64,000 nucleotides of DNA from positions 21,153-85,152 of the forward strand of contig WYBK01000242.1 of assembly GCA_011525905.1 (NCBI GenBank). The letters run 5' to 3'. The notes under the pieces were generated by a model that did not search any database, was not told where the DNA came from, and was given only the letters and a program-made list of their open reading frames with translations. This document shows, in pieces, positions 18,022 to 28,598 of this stretch. Origin of the DNA: Acidobacteriota bacterium (GTDB taxonomy: Bacteria; Acidobacteriota; Thermoanaerobaculia; Multivoradales; JAGPDF01). The position numbers and the translations under genes were made by a program. Within the stretch, counting starts at the first letter, position 1; each line of letters starts with the position of its first letter.

Positions 18022-18561
18022 GTGAACGGAGCCCGGCACGTGACATTCAAGGTCGGTCAGAAGGTCGTCTACCCGAATCACGGGGTCACCATCGTCGAGG
18101 AGATCGCTCCCAGTCGCATCGACGGCACCGAGCGCACCTGCTACCACCTGCGTCTGCTCTCGAGCAACTCGAAGGTCATGGTGCCGAAGGACAACCTCGA
18201 CCTGGTCGGCCTGCGTCCGCTGTGCGAGCCGCGCGAGATCAAGACACTCTTCAACATCCTCGAAGACGGCAACGTCGAGGCGCACAAGGACTGGAAGGGC
18301 CGCTACAAGCAGAACGTCGAGAAGATGAAGACGGGGCGGATCACCGAGGTCGCCGAGGTGCTCAAGAACCTGCGCTTCGTCAGTCAGAAGAAGAGCCTCT
18401 CCTTCCGCGAGAAGAAGATGTACGAGCGGGCGAAGCACTTCATCGTCAGCGAGGTGGCCCACGTCCGTGGCATGACCGAGCGGGACGCCGAGCAACAGGT
18501 CGAGAAGGCCCTGACCTCGAGCATCGAGAAGCGCCACAAGAACGCGGTCGCCGGGGGCTGA
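18022..18561 (+). CDS. carD: CarD/CdnL family RNA-polymerase-binding transcription factor
   Basis: FKVGQKVVYPNHGVTIVEEI is the N-terminal Tudor-like RNAP-interacting domain. 179 aa. The alternative GTG start at 18040 is more likely. Confidence 0.9.
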   Translation: MNGARHVTFKVGQKVVYPNHGVTIVEEIAPSRIDGTERTCYHLRLLSSNSKVMVPKDNLDLVGLRPLCEPREIKTLFNILEDGNVEAHKDWKGRYKQNVEKMKTGRITEVAEVLKNLRFVSQKKSLSFREKKMYERAKHFIVSEVAHVRGMTERDAEQQVEKALTSSIEKRHKNAVAGG

Positions 18562-18627
18562 GCCCGACGCCGGCCGAGTGCCGTCCGGCGCGCCTCTCGG
18601 CGCGCCCGGGGAGAGGTCGCGACCGAC

Positions 18628-19221
18628 TTGAACCGAGACAACGTCCTATTCCTGGTGATCGGCCTGCTGGCCGGCTTCCTGGCGGGTTACCTCGCCCAGG
18701 AGGCGATCGCCCCCCTGCAACCGGCGCGTCTGGCGGCGCCGGCCGGGGGGTTTCACGGCGTCGGGGAGGCCGGCGCGGCGCCGGCCGGCGACGCGAACGC
18801 CGCGGCCTCGGCCGAGATCGAGCGGCTGCGGCAGGCGCTCGAGGCCGATCCGAACGACGCGGGCGCCCTGGTCGCCCTGGCCAACCTGAACTTCGACATC
18901 CAGCGCTGGGATCGCGCGCGCGAGCTCTACGAGCGCTATCTGGAGCTGCGGCCGGAGGACGCCGACGCGCAGACGGACCTCGGCATCTGCCTGCGCGCGG
19001 CCGGAGACTTCCCGGGCGCGCTCGAGCGCTTCGCGCGCGCCCAGGAGCTGGCCCCGGACCACTGGCAGTCGCTCTACAACGAGGTCGTCGTGCGCGCGTT
19101 CGATCTGGGCGATCTGGCCTCGGCGATGCCCGTGCTGGAGCGGCTCGAGCGACTGGCGCCGGGCAACCCGGACGTCGCCCGCCTGGCCACCGAGGTCCGC
19201 AGCCGCCAGGGCACGGGCTAG
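18628..19221 (+). CDS. TPR-repeat protein with N-terminal transmembrane anchor
   Basis: An N-terminal TM helix (VLFLVIGLLAGFLAGYL) is followed by an Ala-rich linker and three TPR-like repeats. Confidence 0.55.
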   Translation: MNRDNVLFLVIGLLAGFLAGYLAQEAIAPLQPARLAAPAGGFHGVGEAGAAPAGDANAAASAEIERLRQALEADPNDAGALVALANLNFDIQRWDRARELYERYLELRPEDADAQTDLGICLRAAGDFPGALERFARAQELAPDHWQSLYNEVVVRAFDLGDLASAMPVLERLERLAPGNPDVARLATEVRSRQGTG

Positions 19222-21653
19222 TGGGTGCGGCGTCACCTCGGCTCGCCGCCACCGCCGAGGTCGCCGTACCGCTGCCGCTCGCGCGCCCGCTCGTCTACTC
19301 GATTCCCGAAGCGCTGCGCCCCTGGGTGCGGCGCGGCCTGCGGGTGCGTGTCGGCGTGGGCCGGCGCAGTCTGATCGGTCTGGTCTGGAGCCTCGATCCG
19401 GAGTTTTCCCCGGCGATCGAGCTCCGGCCGATCCAGGCGGTGCTCGATCTCGAGCCCCCGCTGCCGGACGATCTCCTCGCGCTGGCTCGCTTCGCCGCCG
19501 ACTACTACCTGGCACCGCTCGGCGAAGTCCTCGCGGGCATGCTCCCCGCCGGGGCCGAGTCGTGGGGGGACCGCCGGGTCGAGCTGACCTCCGCCGGCGC
19601 GATCGCGGCGCCGCGCGACGAGCTCGACCGCGAGGTGCGGGACGTCCTGCTCGAGCTCGGCCGGTCGCCGCTAGCGGCGCTGCGCGAGCGGATCGCGGAC
19701 GCCCGGTTGCCCGAACGCCTGGCCGAGCTCGAGGCGCTCGGAAGAGTCGAGCTCGCTTTCTCGGCGGGCCGGCGCGCCCGCTACCGCATCGCCTACGAAG
19801 CGGCGCCCGGAGCGCGCGAAGCGCAGCTGGAGCGCTGTGGGCGCTCGCCGGCGGGACGGTCGGCGCTCGAGCTGCTGTTCGAGCTCGGCCGTCCGGCTGC
19901 GGCGGAGGAGCTCGCCGCGGCGGGCGGTTCGCCGGCGGTGCTCCGCCGGCTGGTCGGGCTCGGGCTGATCCGGCGCTTCGAGCAGCCCGAGCGGCTCTCG
20001 CTCGGGCGGCACTTGCTCGGTGCGGGCTCCGGGGCACGGATCGAGTTGCGGGCCGACCAGGCGGAGGCGGTGGCGGCCCTGCGCGAGGCGCTCGACGGGG
20101 GGCGCTTCGAGCGATTCCTGCTGCGCGGGGTCACCGGCTCGGGCAAGACCGAGGTCTACCTGCGCGCAGCCGCTCATGCCCTGGAGCTCGGCCGCTCGGC
20201 GATTCTCCTGGTGCCGGAGATCGCCCTAGTGCCGGGTCTCGCCCGGGCCGCGGAGGATCGCTTCGGCGAGCGCTTGGCGCTGCTGCATTCGGCGCTGGGG
20301 GGCTCGGAGCGCCAACAGGAGTGGGAGCGGATCCGTTCGGGCGCCGCCAGGGTGGTCGTCGGACCGCGTTCGGCGCTGTTCGCGCCGGTGCGCGACCTCG
20401 GCCTCGTCGTGGTCGACGAGGAGCAGGATCTCGCGTACAAGCAGGAGAGCTCGCCCCGCTACCATGGCCGCGACCTCGCGCTGGTGCGTTGCCGCGAGGC
20501 TGGGGCCGTGGCTCTCCTGGTCTCGGCGACTCCGAGCCTCGAGGCCCGGCGGGCGGTCGAGCTCGGGAGGCTCCGGCAACTCGATCTGATCGAGCGCGCC
20601 GGAGCGAGCCAACTGCCCGAGGGCATTCTGGTCGACCTGCGCGCCGAACCGAACGTGCCGCGCCCCGGGGAGGTCGTCTTCTCGGAGCGCCTCCTAGCCG
20701 AGCTCGAACGGACCCTCGCCGAGGGGGACCAGGCCCTGCTGCTGAGGAACCGGCGAGGCTATGCGCCGATGCTCCTCTGCCGCGCCTGCGGCGAGGACTT
20801 CCGCTGCGCCGACTGCGGCCTGCCGCGGACCTTCCATCGCCGGGATCGGCGGTTGCTCTGCCACTGGTGCGGCTCCTCGCTGCCGGTGCCGGCGGCCTGC
20901 CCGACCTGCGCCGCCGCGGCGCTCGACCCGGTCGGCGCCGGCACGGAGCGAATCGAGGAGGAGCTGCGCGGGCGTTTCCCCGAGGCTCGAATCGACGTTC
21001 TCGATCGCGACGCCGCGCGCAAGGTCGGAGGCGCCGCGGCGATCCTCGAGCGCTTCCGCCGCGGCGAGATCGACTTCCTGGTCGGCACGCAGATGCTGTC
21101 GAAGGGGCACCACTTTCCGCGCGTCGCGCTGACCGGAGTGCTTTCGGCGGACGCGCTGCTCGGCTTCCCCGACTTCCGCGCGGTGGAGAAGACCTACGCG
21201 CTGCTGACCCAGATCGCCGGCCGCGCCGGCCGCGGGGAGCGCCCGGGCCGGGTGGTGGTGCAGACCTGGCTGCCCGACCACTACGCCATCCGGGCGGCGC
21301 TCGCGCACGACGACGAGGCCTTCCGCGGGCCGGAGATGCAGTTCCGGGCGACCTTCGGCTACCCGCCGTTCACGCGCATGGCGCTGATCGGGGCCGAGGA
21401 CCGGGATCGGGAACGGGCACGCTCTCGGCTGGCCGAGGTCGCGCGCCGGCTGGCCGAGCACGCGCTGGCCCGCGAGCTGCGGCTCACGGGGCCCGCCCCG
21501 GCACCGCTCGAGAGGCTGCGTGGCTTCTGGCGATTCCAGCTCCTGGTCCGGTCGGCGCGCGGCACCGCCCTCCGGCGCGGGCTGGCCGACGCGCTCGCTC
21601 CGGAGCCTCCCGGCGCCGTCCTCGTCGACGTCGACCCCTATCAGCTGCTCTGA
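19221..21653 (+). CDS. priA: Primosomal protein N' (replication restart helicase PriA)
   Basis: Walker A GVTGSGKTEVYL, DEEQD, two Cys4 zinc-finger clusters (CRACG..CADCG..CHWCG..CPTC) and a helicase C-terminal domain. GTG start overlapping the upstream stop. Confidence 0.9.
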   Translation: MGAASPRLAATAEVAVPLPLARPLVYSIPEALRPWVRRGLRVRVGVGRRSLIGLVWSLDPEFSPAIELRPIQAVLDLEPPLPDDLLALARFAADYYLAPLGEVLAGMLPAGAESWGDRRVELTSAGAIAAPRDELDREVRDVLLELGRSPLAALRERIADARLPERLAELEALGRVELAFSAGRRARYRIAYEAAPGAREAQLERCGRSPAGRSALELLFELGRPAAAEELAAAGGSPAVLRRLVGLGLIRRFEQPERLSLGRHLLGAGSGARIELRADQAEAVAALREALDGGRFERFLLRGVTGSGKTEVYLRAAAHALELGRSAILLVPEIALVPGLARAAEDRFGERLALLHSALGGSERQQEWERIRSGAARVVVGPRSALFAPVRDLGLVVVDEEQDLAYKQESSPRYHGRDLALVRCREAGAVALLVSATPSLEARRAVELGRLRQLDLIERAGASQLPEGILVDLRAEPNVPRPGEVVFSERLLAELERTLAEGDQALLLRNRRGYAPMLLCRACGEDFRCADCGLPRTFHRRDRRLLCHWCGSSLPVPAACPTCAAAALDPVGAGTERIEEELRGRFPEARIDVLDRDAARKVGGAAAILERFRRGEIDFLVGTQMLSKGHHFPRVALTGVLSADALLGFPDFRAVEKTYALLTQIAGRAGRGERPGRVVVQTWLPDHYAIRAALAHDDEAFRGPEMQFRATFGYPPFTRMALIGAEDRDRERARSRLAEVARRLAEHALARELRLTGPAPAPLERLRGFWRFQLLVRSARGTALRRGLADALAPEPPGAVLVDVDPYQLL

Positions 21654-21708
21654 GTCGCGACGCGCCCGTTTGACGGCCTTCGCCGCGCTCTGCTACGTTG
21701 CTCCGCCC

Positions 21709-22662
21709 GTGGCGACCACCGACGCCCAGTTCGAGGAACCTCTCAACGGCCTGCGCCGTCGGCTCGAGGAGCTCGAGGGCTACCCCGAGGGCAGCGGCCA
21801 CGAGCGCGAGATCCGCCAGGTGCGCGAGGAGCTGGCTCGGCGCACGGCGGAGGTCTACTCCTCGCTCTCGCGCTGGCAGAAGGCGCTGGTCGCCCGCCAC
21901 CCCGACCGTCCCTACACGCTCGACTACGTCGCGGCCCTCATGGACGACTGGGTCGAGCTGCACGGCGACCGGCTGTTCGCCGACGATCCGGCCATCGTCG
22001 CCGGCTTCGCCCGCTTCCGCGGCCGCTCGGTGGCCCTGATCGGCCACCAGAAGGGCCGGGGCACCAAGGAACGGATTCACCGCAATTTCGGCCAGCCCAG
22101 GCCGGAGGGCTACCGCAAGGCGCTGCGCATCCTGCGACTGGCCGAGCGGTTCGGCCGCCCGGTGATCACTCTGATCGACACGGCCGGGGCCTACCCGGGA
22201 CTGGATGCCGAGGAGCGCGGGCAGGCCGAGGCGATCGCTCGCAACCTGATCGAGATGGCGCAATTGCGCGTGCCGATCGTGGTCGCCATCACCGGCGAAG
22301 GGGGCAGCGGCGGCGCGCTCGCGCTCGGCGTCGGCGACCGCGTGCTCGTCCTCGAGTACGCCGTCTACTCGGTGATCTCGCCCGAAGGCTGCGCCGCGAT
22401 CCTCTGGAAGGACCAGGAGCGCAAGGCTCAGGCCGCCGAGGCGATGCGCATCACCGCACCCGACCTCGAGCGGCTCGGAGTGGTCGATCGGATCGTGCCG
22501 GAACCGCCCGGGGGCGCCCATGCCGATCCTGCCGGCGCGGCACGAAGCTTGGGGGACGCCCTGGAGAGCGCGCTCGCCGAGCTCGTGCAGCGGCCCATCG
22601 AGAAGCTGCTCGAGGAGCGCTATCGCAAGTTCCGGGCGCTCGGCGTCTTCCAAGAAGCGTAA
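21709..22662 (+). CDS. accA: Acetyl-CoA carboxylase carboxyltransferase subunit alpha
   Basis: Colinear with E. coli AccA: RHPDRPYTLDYV, IGHQKGRGTKE.I.RNFG.P.PEGYRKALR, DTAGAYPG and GEGGSGGALA. Confidence 0.9.
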   Translation: MATTDAQFEEPLNGLRRRLEELEGYPEGSGHEREIRQVREELARRTAEVYSSLSRWQKALVARHPDRPYTLDYVAALMDDWVELHGDRLFADDPAIVAGFARFRGRSVALIGHQKGRGTKERIHRNFGQPRPEGYRKALRILRLAERFGRPVITLIDTAGAYPGLDAEERGQAEAIARNLIEMAQLRVPIVVAITGEGGSGGALALGVGDRVLVLEYAVYSVISPEGCAAILWKDQERKAQAAEAMRITAPDLERLGVVDRIVPEPPGGAHADPAGAARSLGDALESALAELVQRPIEKLLEERYRKFRALGVFQEA

Positions 22663-24357
22663 GTGAGGGTCCCCGAGGCGATCTGGGAGCGGGCCGCGGC
22701 GCCGGCCGAGAAGGTGGCCGCGCTCGAGGCGGCTGGCTTCGAGAGCCGGCTGGCGACCCTGCTCGCCGCGCGTGGCATCGGCGACGCCCGCGGGGCCAGG
22801 GAGTTCCTCCACCCGTCGCGTGGGCAGCTGCATCCGCCCGAGCTGCTGCTCGGGCTCGATCGGGCCCTGGAACGGATCGTGGCGGCACGCGAGCGCGGCG
22901 AGCGGATCGCGGTCGTCGGGGACTACGATGCCGATGGGGTCTCGGCGACCGCCCTGCTCACGGCGACCCTGCGGTCGGTCGGCCTCCCCGTCGAGCCGCT
23001 GCTGCCGCGCCGGGACGGCGAGGGCTACGGCTTCCAGGCGATTCACGCGCGCCGCGCCGTCGAGCTCGGCTGCGCCCTCGCGATCACCGTCGACTGCGGC
23101 ATCACCGGATTCGACGGCGCTCGGGAGTCCGTCCGGCTGGGCCTCGATCTGATCGTCACCGATCACCACCTGCCCGAGGAGCAGCTGCCGGAGGCGGCGG
23201 TGGTGATCAACCCGAAGCAACCGGGCTGCGCCTACCCGTACGCCGAGCTGACCGGCGCCGGACTGGCGCTCAAGCTGGCGGTCGCGCTGCTCGAGCGGCT
23301 CGGTGAGGAAGTCCCCTGGGAGGCCCTGCTGCGCGTGGCGGCGATCGGCACGATCGCGGACGTCGCGCCGCTGACCGGCGAGAACCGGGTGATCGCTGCG
23401 CTCGGGCTCGCGGCGCTCGCTCGACCCCGCTCCCCGGGACTGCGCGCGCTCGCCGACCGCGCCGGAGTCCGGCCGCCGCTGCGTGCCGCCGACATCGGTT
23501 TCCGTCTCGGGCCACGGCTCAACGCCGCCGGCCGGATGGGCGCCGCCGACGACGCGCTCGACTTGCTGCTCGCGCGCGAGGAAGGCCGCGCGCGCGAGCT
23601 GGCGGAGCGGCTGGAGCGCGCCAACGCCCAACGCCAAGCCTGGGAGGTGCGGATCCTGGCCGAGGCGCGCGAGGCCGCGGGCTCCGAGGGGAAGCCCGCG
23701 CCGCTGGTCGCCGCCTGGAGCGCCGGCTGGCACCGCGGCGTCGTCGGCATCGTGGCCGGGCGCCTCGCGCGCGAGTTGCACCGTCCCGTCGTCCTGCTCG
23801 CGGTCGACGGTGGCCTGGCCGTCGGCTCCGGACGCAGTGTCGAAGGGATCTCGCTGCACGACTTCCTGCGTCCCTGGGCCGATCGCTTCGAGAAGTTCGG
23901 GGGGCACGAGCTCGCCGTCGGCCTGACGGTGGCGGCCGATCGGCTGCCGGAGTTGCGCGCGGAGTGGCAGCAGGCCGCGGCCGCCTGGCCCGCGGACGCG
24001 CTGGTGCCCCGCCGCTGCTACGACCTCGAGCTCGGCCTCGACGAAGTCGAAGAGGGGCTCTGGCAGACGCTGCGGCAGCTCGAGCCCTTCGGCGTCGGCA
24101 ATGGCGAACCGATACTGCGTCTGGGCCCGCTGGCCGCCGCCTCGTCGCCCCGGACCTTCGGATCCGGGCATCTCTCGATCTGGGTGAAGGGCGAACGGCG
24201 CGAGATCGAGCTGATCGGCTGGGGGTGGGCGGCGCGGCGCGTCGATTGGCGCGCTCCGCTCGAAGTGCTCGCCCATCTCGACCGCGACCGCCGGTCCGAC
24301 CGGATCACGCTCCGTCTCGTCGACGTGCGAGCTTGGCGGCGAGCCGCGGCGGACTAG
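22663..24357 (+). CDS. recJ: Single-stranded-DNA-specific exonuclease RecJ
   Basis: DHH motifs (VVGDYDADGVS, ITVDCG, IVTDHH) and a DHHA1 domain. Confidence 0.9.
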   Translation: MRVPEAIWERAAAPAEKVAALEAAGFESRLATLLAARGIGDARGAREFLHPSRGQLHPPELLLGLDRALERIVAARERGERIAVVGDYDADGVSATALLTATLRSVGLPVEPLLPRRDGEGYGFQAIHARRAVELGCALAITVDCGITGFDGARESVRLGLDLIVTDHHLPEEQLPEAAVVINPKQPGCAYPYAELTGAGLALKLAVALLERLGEEVPWEALLRVAAIGTIADVAPLTGENRVIAALGLAALARPRSPGLRALADRAGVRPPLRAADIGFRLGPRLNAAGRMGAADDALDLLLAREEGRARELAERLERANAQRQAWEVRILAEAREAAGSEGKPAPLVAAWSAGWHRGVVGIVAGRLARELHRPVVLLAVDGGLAVGSGRSVEGISLHDFLRPWADRFEKFGGHELAVGLTVAADRLPELRAEWQQAAAAWPADALVPRRCYDLELGLDEVEEGLWQTLRQLEPFGVGNGEPILRLGPLAAASSPRTFGSGHLSIWVKGERREIELIGWGWAARRVDWRAPLEVLAHLDRDRRSDRITLRLVDVRAWRRAAAD

Positions 24358-24366
24358 AATCACTCG

Positions 24367-26340
24367 ATGGATGCTCCGTCGCCGCGTCCCCCCTTCGCCC
24401 GTCTGCGGCGCGCGCTCCTCGGCCTGCTCGCCTTCGCGCTAGCCGGTCTCGCGCTCCTCTACTGGCTCGGCCGACAGGGGGCGCCCGGATCCGAGCCCGG
24501 GCCGGGGACGGGGGATTCGGCCGTGGGTGCGCAGGTCGGAGACGCGGCCGGCACCATCGCCACCAGCGAGGGGTTCGAGTTCGAGCAAAAGGTCGGCGGC
24601 AAGCCGGTCTTCCGGATTTCCGGTGACCGCTTTCGCGCCGGCGCCGACGAGACCGTGCAGCTCGAGGGGGTGGCGCTCGAGCTCTTTCGTGACGGCGAGC
24701 CCTATCAGGTGGTCGCACGCCGGGCGGACTGGGACCCGAACACGCACGAGGCGACTCTCGTCGGGAACGTGGTGGTGTCCGGCGGCGACGGCTTCTCAGT
24801 CTCCACGGAGCAGCTCCGGCTGACCGACCGGGGCCGGATCGTCCGCTCGGCCGGCTCCGTCCGCCTCGCCCAGGGCAGCGCGCTGACCGGGCAGGCCGAG
24901 GGCCTGGAGCTCGACTTCGCGGTCGACCAATACGAGCTGGCAGGCCCGACCCGGCTGGAGACGACCGGGCTCGACGGCGAGCCCGCGGTCGAACTCGAGG
25001 CGACGCGCATCCGAGTCGACCGACCTCGGAGGACGATTCGGGCGGAGGGCAGCGTGTCGTTGGTTCGCGGCGGCGACCGGCTCACGGCCGAGCAGCTGAC
25101 GCTCTTCCTCGCGCCGGACGAACGAACGCCGCAGTCGGTCCAGGCACGCTGGCAGGTCGTGGGCCAGCTGGCCGGATCCTCCGAGGGCGACGCCGAGAGG
25201 CCGGTCCGGTTCCGTGCGCACGAGGTCAACCTCGACCTTCAGGGAAGACCGGCTCGCCCTTCGCGGATCACCCTCGAGGCGGAGCGCGGAGAGCACGTCG
25301 TCCTGCTGTCGCCGACCGAGGCGGGAACGGTGCGCGAGATCGCCGCGCGCTATCTGGTCGCGACGCTGACGGCGGGGCGCCCGGTGGCGGCGCAGGGGTT
25401 CCAGCCGGTCTTCTTCTCCGAGTATCCGGAGGGGAGGGCCGATGCGCCCCTGCGCACGGCCCAGGCCGATCAGGTGGAGGCGGAGTTCGACGCGGCCGGG
25501 GCGTTGGGGCGGCTGACGCTCATCGGGCGCGTCTCGTTCCAAGAGGAGCGGGTCTCCGGGCGCGGCGAGCGAGGCTTCGTCGACCTCGAGCGGGGCCGTG
25601 CGGAGCTGTTCGGCCGGGCGGTGCGGCTGACCAGCGAGCGGGGAGAGTTGGTGGCGCCCCACGTCGCCTGGGACCGGACGACCGGCCTGACGACCGCGGA
25701 CGGCGGGGTCCAGGCGAAGCTCGAGCCGGAGGCGGCCGAGCTGGTCGCGGGCGCGGCGGCCGGGGGCCGGGGCCCGGTGCGGGTCGAGGCGCAGGAGGCG
25801 ATCTTCCAGGAAGCGCCTCGCGGCTTCCTCTTCCGCGGCAGAGTCCAGGCCTGGCAGGGAGAGAACGTGCTCTTCGCCGAGCAGCTGCGCGGAGAGGAGG
25901 AGGCCCAGCGGCTGTCGGCGGGCGGCGGCGTGCGCACGCTCTACCGCAGCGGCGCGCCGGACGCCTCCGAGCTTCCGGAGACCGAGATCACCTCCTCGAC
26001 CTTCGCCTACCGCAAGGCCGAGCGCTCCCTGATCTGGTCGGGCGAAGTGCGGATGTCCCAGGGCGGCCGGCTGCTCACTTCGGGCGAGCTGCTCGCCGAC
26101 CTCGACGAGAGCGATCGAATCGTCAAGATGACCGCCACGGCGCCGGTCCGCCTGGAGGAGGCGACGAGCGGGCGGGTCGTCACCGCCGAACGCGCGATCT
26201 ACGACGTCGAGGCCCGCACGACGCTCTTCTCGGGCTCGCCGGTCGAGCTGGCGGAGGGGCAAGGGACGCGTATCCGCGGACGGCGCCTCGAATACGACCT
26301 GGCGTCGGGCGCGGCGCGCGTGCTCACGGAGGGCGGGTGA
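24367..26340 (+). CDS. LptC/LptA-like (OstA-fold) periplasmic LPS-transport protein, unusually long
   Basis: An N-terminal TM anchor is followed by repeated beta-jellyroll-like segments (V.L.G.V........T..A.Y......A.L.G.V). It sits directly upstream of lptB in the conserved lptCAB-rpoN position. At 657 aa it is longer than LptC plus LptA combined (about 370 aa). Confidence 0.6.
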   Translation: MDAPSPRPPFARLRRALLGLLAFALAGLALLYWLGRQGAPGSEPGPGTGDSAVGAQVGDAAGTIATSEGFEFEQKVGGKPVFRISGDRFRAGADETVQLEGVALELFRDGEPYQVVARRADWDPNTHEATLVGNVVVSGGDGFSVSTEQLRLTDRGRIVRSAGSVRLAQGSALTGQAEGLELDFAVDQYELAGPTRLETTGLDGEPAVELEATRIRVDRPRRTIRAEGSVSLVRGGDRLTAEQLTLFLAPDERTPQSVQARWQVVGQLAGSSEGDAERPVRFRAHEVNLDLQGRPARPSRITLEAERGEHVVLLSPTEAGTVREIAARYLVATLTAGRPVAAQGFQPVFFSEYPEGRADAPLRTAQADQVEAEFDAAGALGRLTLIGRVSFQEERVSGRGERGFVDLERGRAELFGRAVRLTSERGELVAPHVAWDRTTGLTTADGGVQAKLEPEAAELVAGAAAGGRGPVRVEAQEAIFQEAPRGFLFRGRVQAWQGENVLFAEQLRGEEEAQRLSAGGGVRTLYRSGAPDASELPETEITSSTFAYRKAERSLIWSGEVRMSQGGRLLTSGELLADLDESDRIVKMTATAPVRLEEATSGRVVTAERAIYDVEARTTLFSGSPVELAEGQGTRIRGRRLEYDLASGAARVLTEGG

Positions 26341-27068
26341 ACCGCGCCGCGAGCCTGGTCGCGACCGACCTGCGCAAGGTCTACCGCGGGCGCGCCGTGG
26401 TCCAGGGCGTCTCGATCGAGGTCACGTCCGGCGAGGTCGTCGGCCTGCTCGGCCCGAACGGCGCGGGCAAGACGACCACGTTCTACATGGTGGTCGGTCT
26501 GACGCCGCCCGACGGCGGCCGGGTCTACCTCGGCGGCGACGAGATCACGCTGCTGCCGATGTACCAGCGGGCACAGCGCGGCATCAGCTACCTGCCGCAA
26601 GAGCCCTCGGTGTTCCGCAAGATGAGCGTCGAGGACAACCTGCGCACGGTGTTCGAGACCCTCGATCTCTCCCACGCGGAGCAGGAGCGCAGGATCGATC
26701 GGCTTCTCGAGGACTTCCGCCTGCAGCGCGTGCGCAAGAACTCCGGCTACACGCTTTCCGGCGGGGAGCGCCGGCGGGTGGAGATCGCGCGCGCCCTGGC
26801 CATCAGCCCGTCGTTCATCCTCCTGGACGAGCCGTTCGCCGGCATCGACCCGATCGCCGTGCTCGACATCCAGGGTATCATCGGCCACCTGAAGAGCATG
26901 GGAATCGGCGTCCTGATCACGGACCACAACGTTCGCGAGACCTTGAAGATCACCGATCGCGCCTACATCATCAACAACGGCGAGATCCTGAGATCCGGCG
27001 CGCCGGCCGAGCTCTCGGCCGACCCCCAAGTGCGCAAGATCTACCTCGGCGAAGGCTTCCAGCTCTGA
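26337..27068 (+). CDS. lptB: LPS export ABC transporter ATP-binding protein
   Basis: [33 protein letters not shown] and [15 protein letters not shown]. Colinear with E. coli LptB. Confidence 0.9.
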   Translation: MNRAASLVATDLRKVYRGRAVVQGVSIEVTSGEVVGLLGPNGAGKTTTFYMVVGLTPPDGGRVYLGGDEITLLPMYQRAQRGISYLPQEPSVFRKMSVEDNLRTVFETLDLSHAEQERRIDRLLEDFRLQRVRKNSGYTLSGGERRRVEIARALAISPSFILLDEPFAGIDPIAVLDIQGIIGHLKSMGIGVLITDHNVRETLKITDRAYIINNGEILRSGAPAELSADPQVRKIYLGEGFQL

Positions 27069-27076
27069 CCATCGCC

Positions 27077-28549
27077 ATGGCGCTCGAGCAGAAACTCTCC
27101 CTCAAGCTCTCCCAGCGGCTGGTCATGACGCCGTCGCTGCAGCAGGCGATCAAGCTGCTGCAGATGACGCGCATGGAGCTCGAGACCGTGGTGGCTCAGG
27201 AGCTCGAGGCCAACCCGATTCTCGAGGAGGTCGAGGAGGAGGTCACGGAGGAGGAGGAGCGCGCCGCGGCGACCGAAGCGGCCGAGGCGGCGCCCGAGAA
27301 GCCGGAGGCCGAGGAGCTGCCCCATCGCGAAGCCCTGCAGGAGGTCGCGCTCGAGACCTATCTCGGCGAGGCGTGGGAGAACGACGGCTTCGCCAGCGGC
27401 GAATGGGAGGCGCGCGAGGCGCCGCCGCTCGAGAACACGTTGACTCGCGAGCCGGATCTCTACGACCATCTGCTCTGGCAGATCCACATGTCCGACTTCT
27501 CGCCGCGCGAGCGCGAGATCGCAGAGCTGATCGTCGGCAATCTCGACCCGGACGGTTTCCTGGTGGCGTCGGTCGAAGAAATCTGCCGCCTGGGCGCCGA
27601 GAACGGTGGCGAGGGGTGGACGGAGTCCCAGGTCGGTGACGTGCTCGACCGGGTGCGTCGGCTGGATCCGCCCGGAATCGCCTGCGCCAGCCTGCGCGAG
27701 AGCCTGTTGTTGCAGCTCGAGATCGCCGGTGAGCCGGAGGAATCCCTGGCGCGACGAATCGTCGCCGAGCACTGGGATGCCTTCCTGAAGCGCCAGTACC
27801 CGTCGATCGCACGCGCGCTCGGCGTGCCTCTTCCGGAGCTCGAGCCGGCGGTCGAGAGAATCCGTCTGCTGGAGACTCGCCCCGGCCGCCAGTACACCAA
27901 CGACCGGACGCACTACATCGAGCCCGACGTCCACGTCGTGCGGGTCGGCGACGAGTACGTCATTCAGTTGAACGACGACGGCCTGCCGCGATTGCGGATC
28001 TCGCGCGCCTATCGGCGAATGCTGCAGAAGATGCGCGCGGAGGGCAGGCAGAGCGAAGCCCAGCAGTACATCTCGGAGAAGATGCGCTCCGCCGTCTGGT
28101 TGATCAAGAGCCTGGACCAGCGGCAGCGCACGATCTACAAGGTGGCCGACTCGATCGTCCGGCAGCAGCGCGAATTCCTCGATCACGGCCTGGACTTCCT
28201 CCGGCCGATGGTCCTGCGTGACGTCGCCGAGGACATCGGCATGCACGAGTCCACCGTGTCGCGAGTGGTTTCGAACAAGTACATCCACACGCCTCGGGGC
28301 CTCTTTCCGCTCAAGTTCTTCTTCCACAGCGGCATCGACCGGGACTACGGCGAGGACATCTCGTCGCTCACGGTGAAGCGCAAGATCAAGCAGTTGATCG
28401 AAGGCGAGGACGCGCGGCACCCGCTCTCCGACTCCGAGCTGATGCGGATCCTCAATCGCGAGGGGATCCAGATCGCCCGGCGCACCGTCGCCAAGTACCG
28501 CGACGAGCTCAACCTGCCGTCGTCCGCGGATCGCCGCCGGATCTTCTGA
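27077..28549 (+). CDS. rpoN: RNA polymerase sigma-54 factor
   Basis: N-terminal region I (LKLSQRLVMTPSLQQAIKLLQM), an HTH, and the RpoN box ARRTVAKYR. Confidence 0.95.
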   Translation: MALEQKLSLKLSQRLVMTPSLQQAIKLLQMTRMELETVVAQELEANPILEEVEEEVTEEEERAAATEAAEAAPEKPEAEELPHREALQEVALETYLGEAWENDGFASGEWEAREAPPLENTLTREPDLYDHLLWQIHMSDFSPREREIAELIVGNLDPDGFLVASVEEICRLGAENGGEGWTESQVGDVLDRVRRLDPPGIACASLRESLLLQLEIAGEPEESLARRIVAEHWDAFLKRQYPSIARALGVPLPELEPAVERIRLLETRPGRQYTNDRTHYIEPDVHVVRVGDEYVIQLNDDGLPRLRISRAYRRMLQKMRAEGRQSEAQQYISEKMRSAVWLIKSLDQRQRTIYKVADSIVRQQREFLDHGLDFLRPMVLRDVAEDIGMHESTVSRVVSNKYIHTPRGLFPLKFFFHSGIDRDYGEDISSLTVKRKIKQLIEGEDARHPLSDSELMRILNREGIQIARRTVAKYRDELNLPSSADRRRIF

Positions 28550-28598
28550 TGAGCTCCTTCGGCGCATCGGGCCATCGGGCCGTGGAGAAAGGAGAGTC

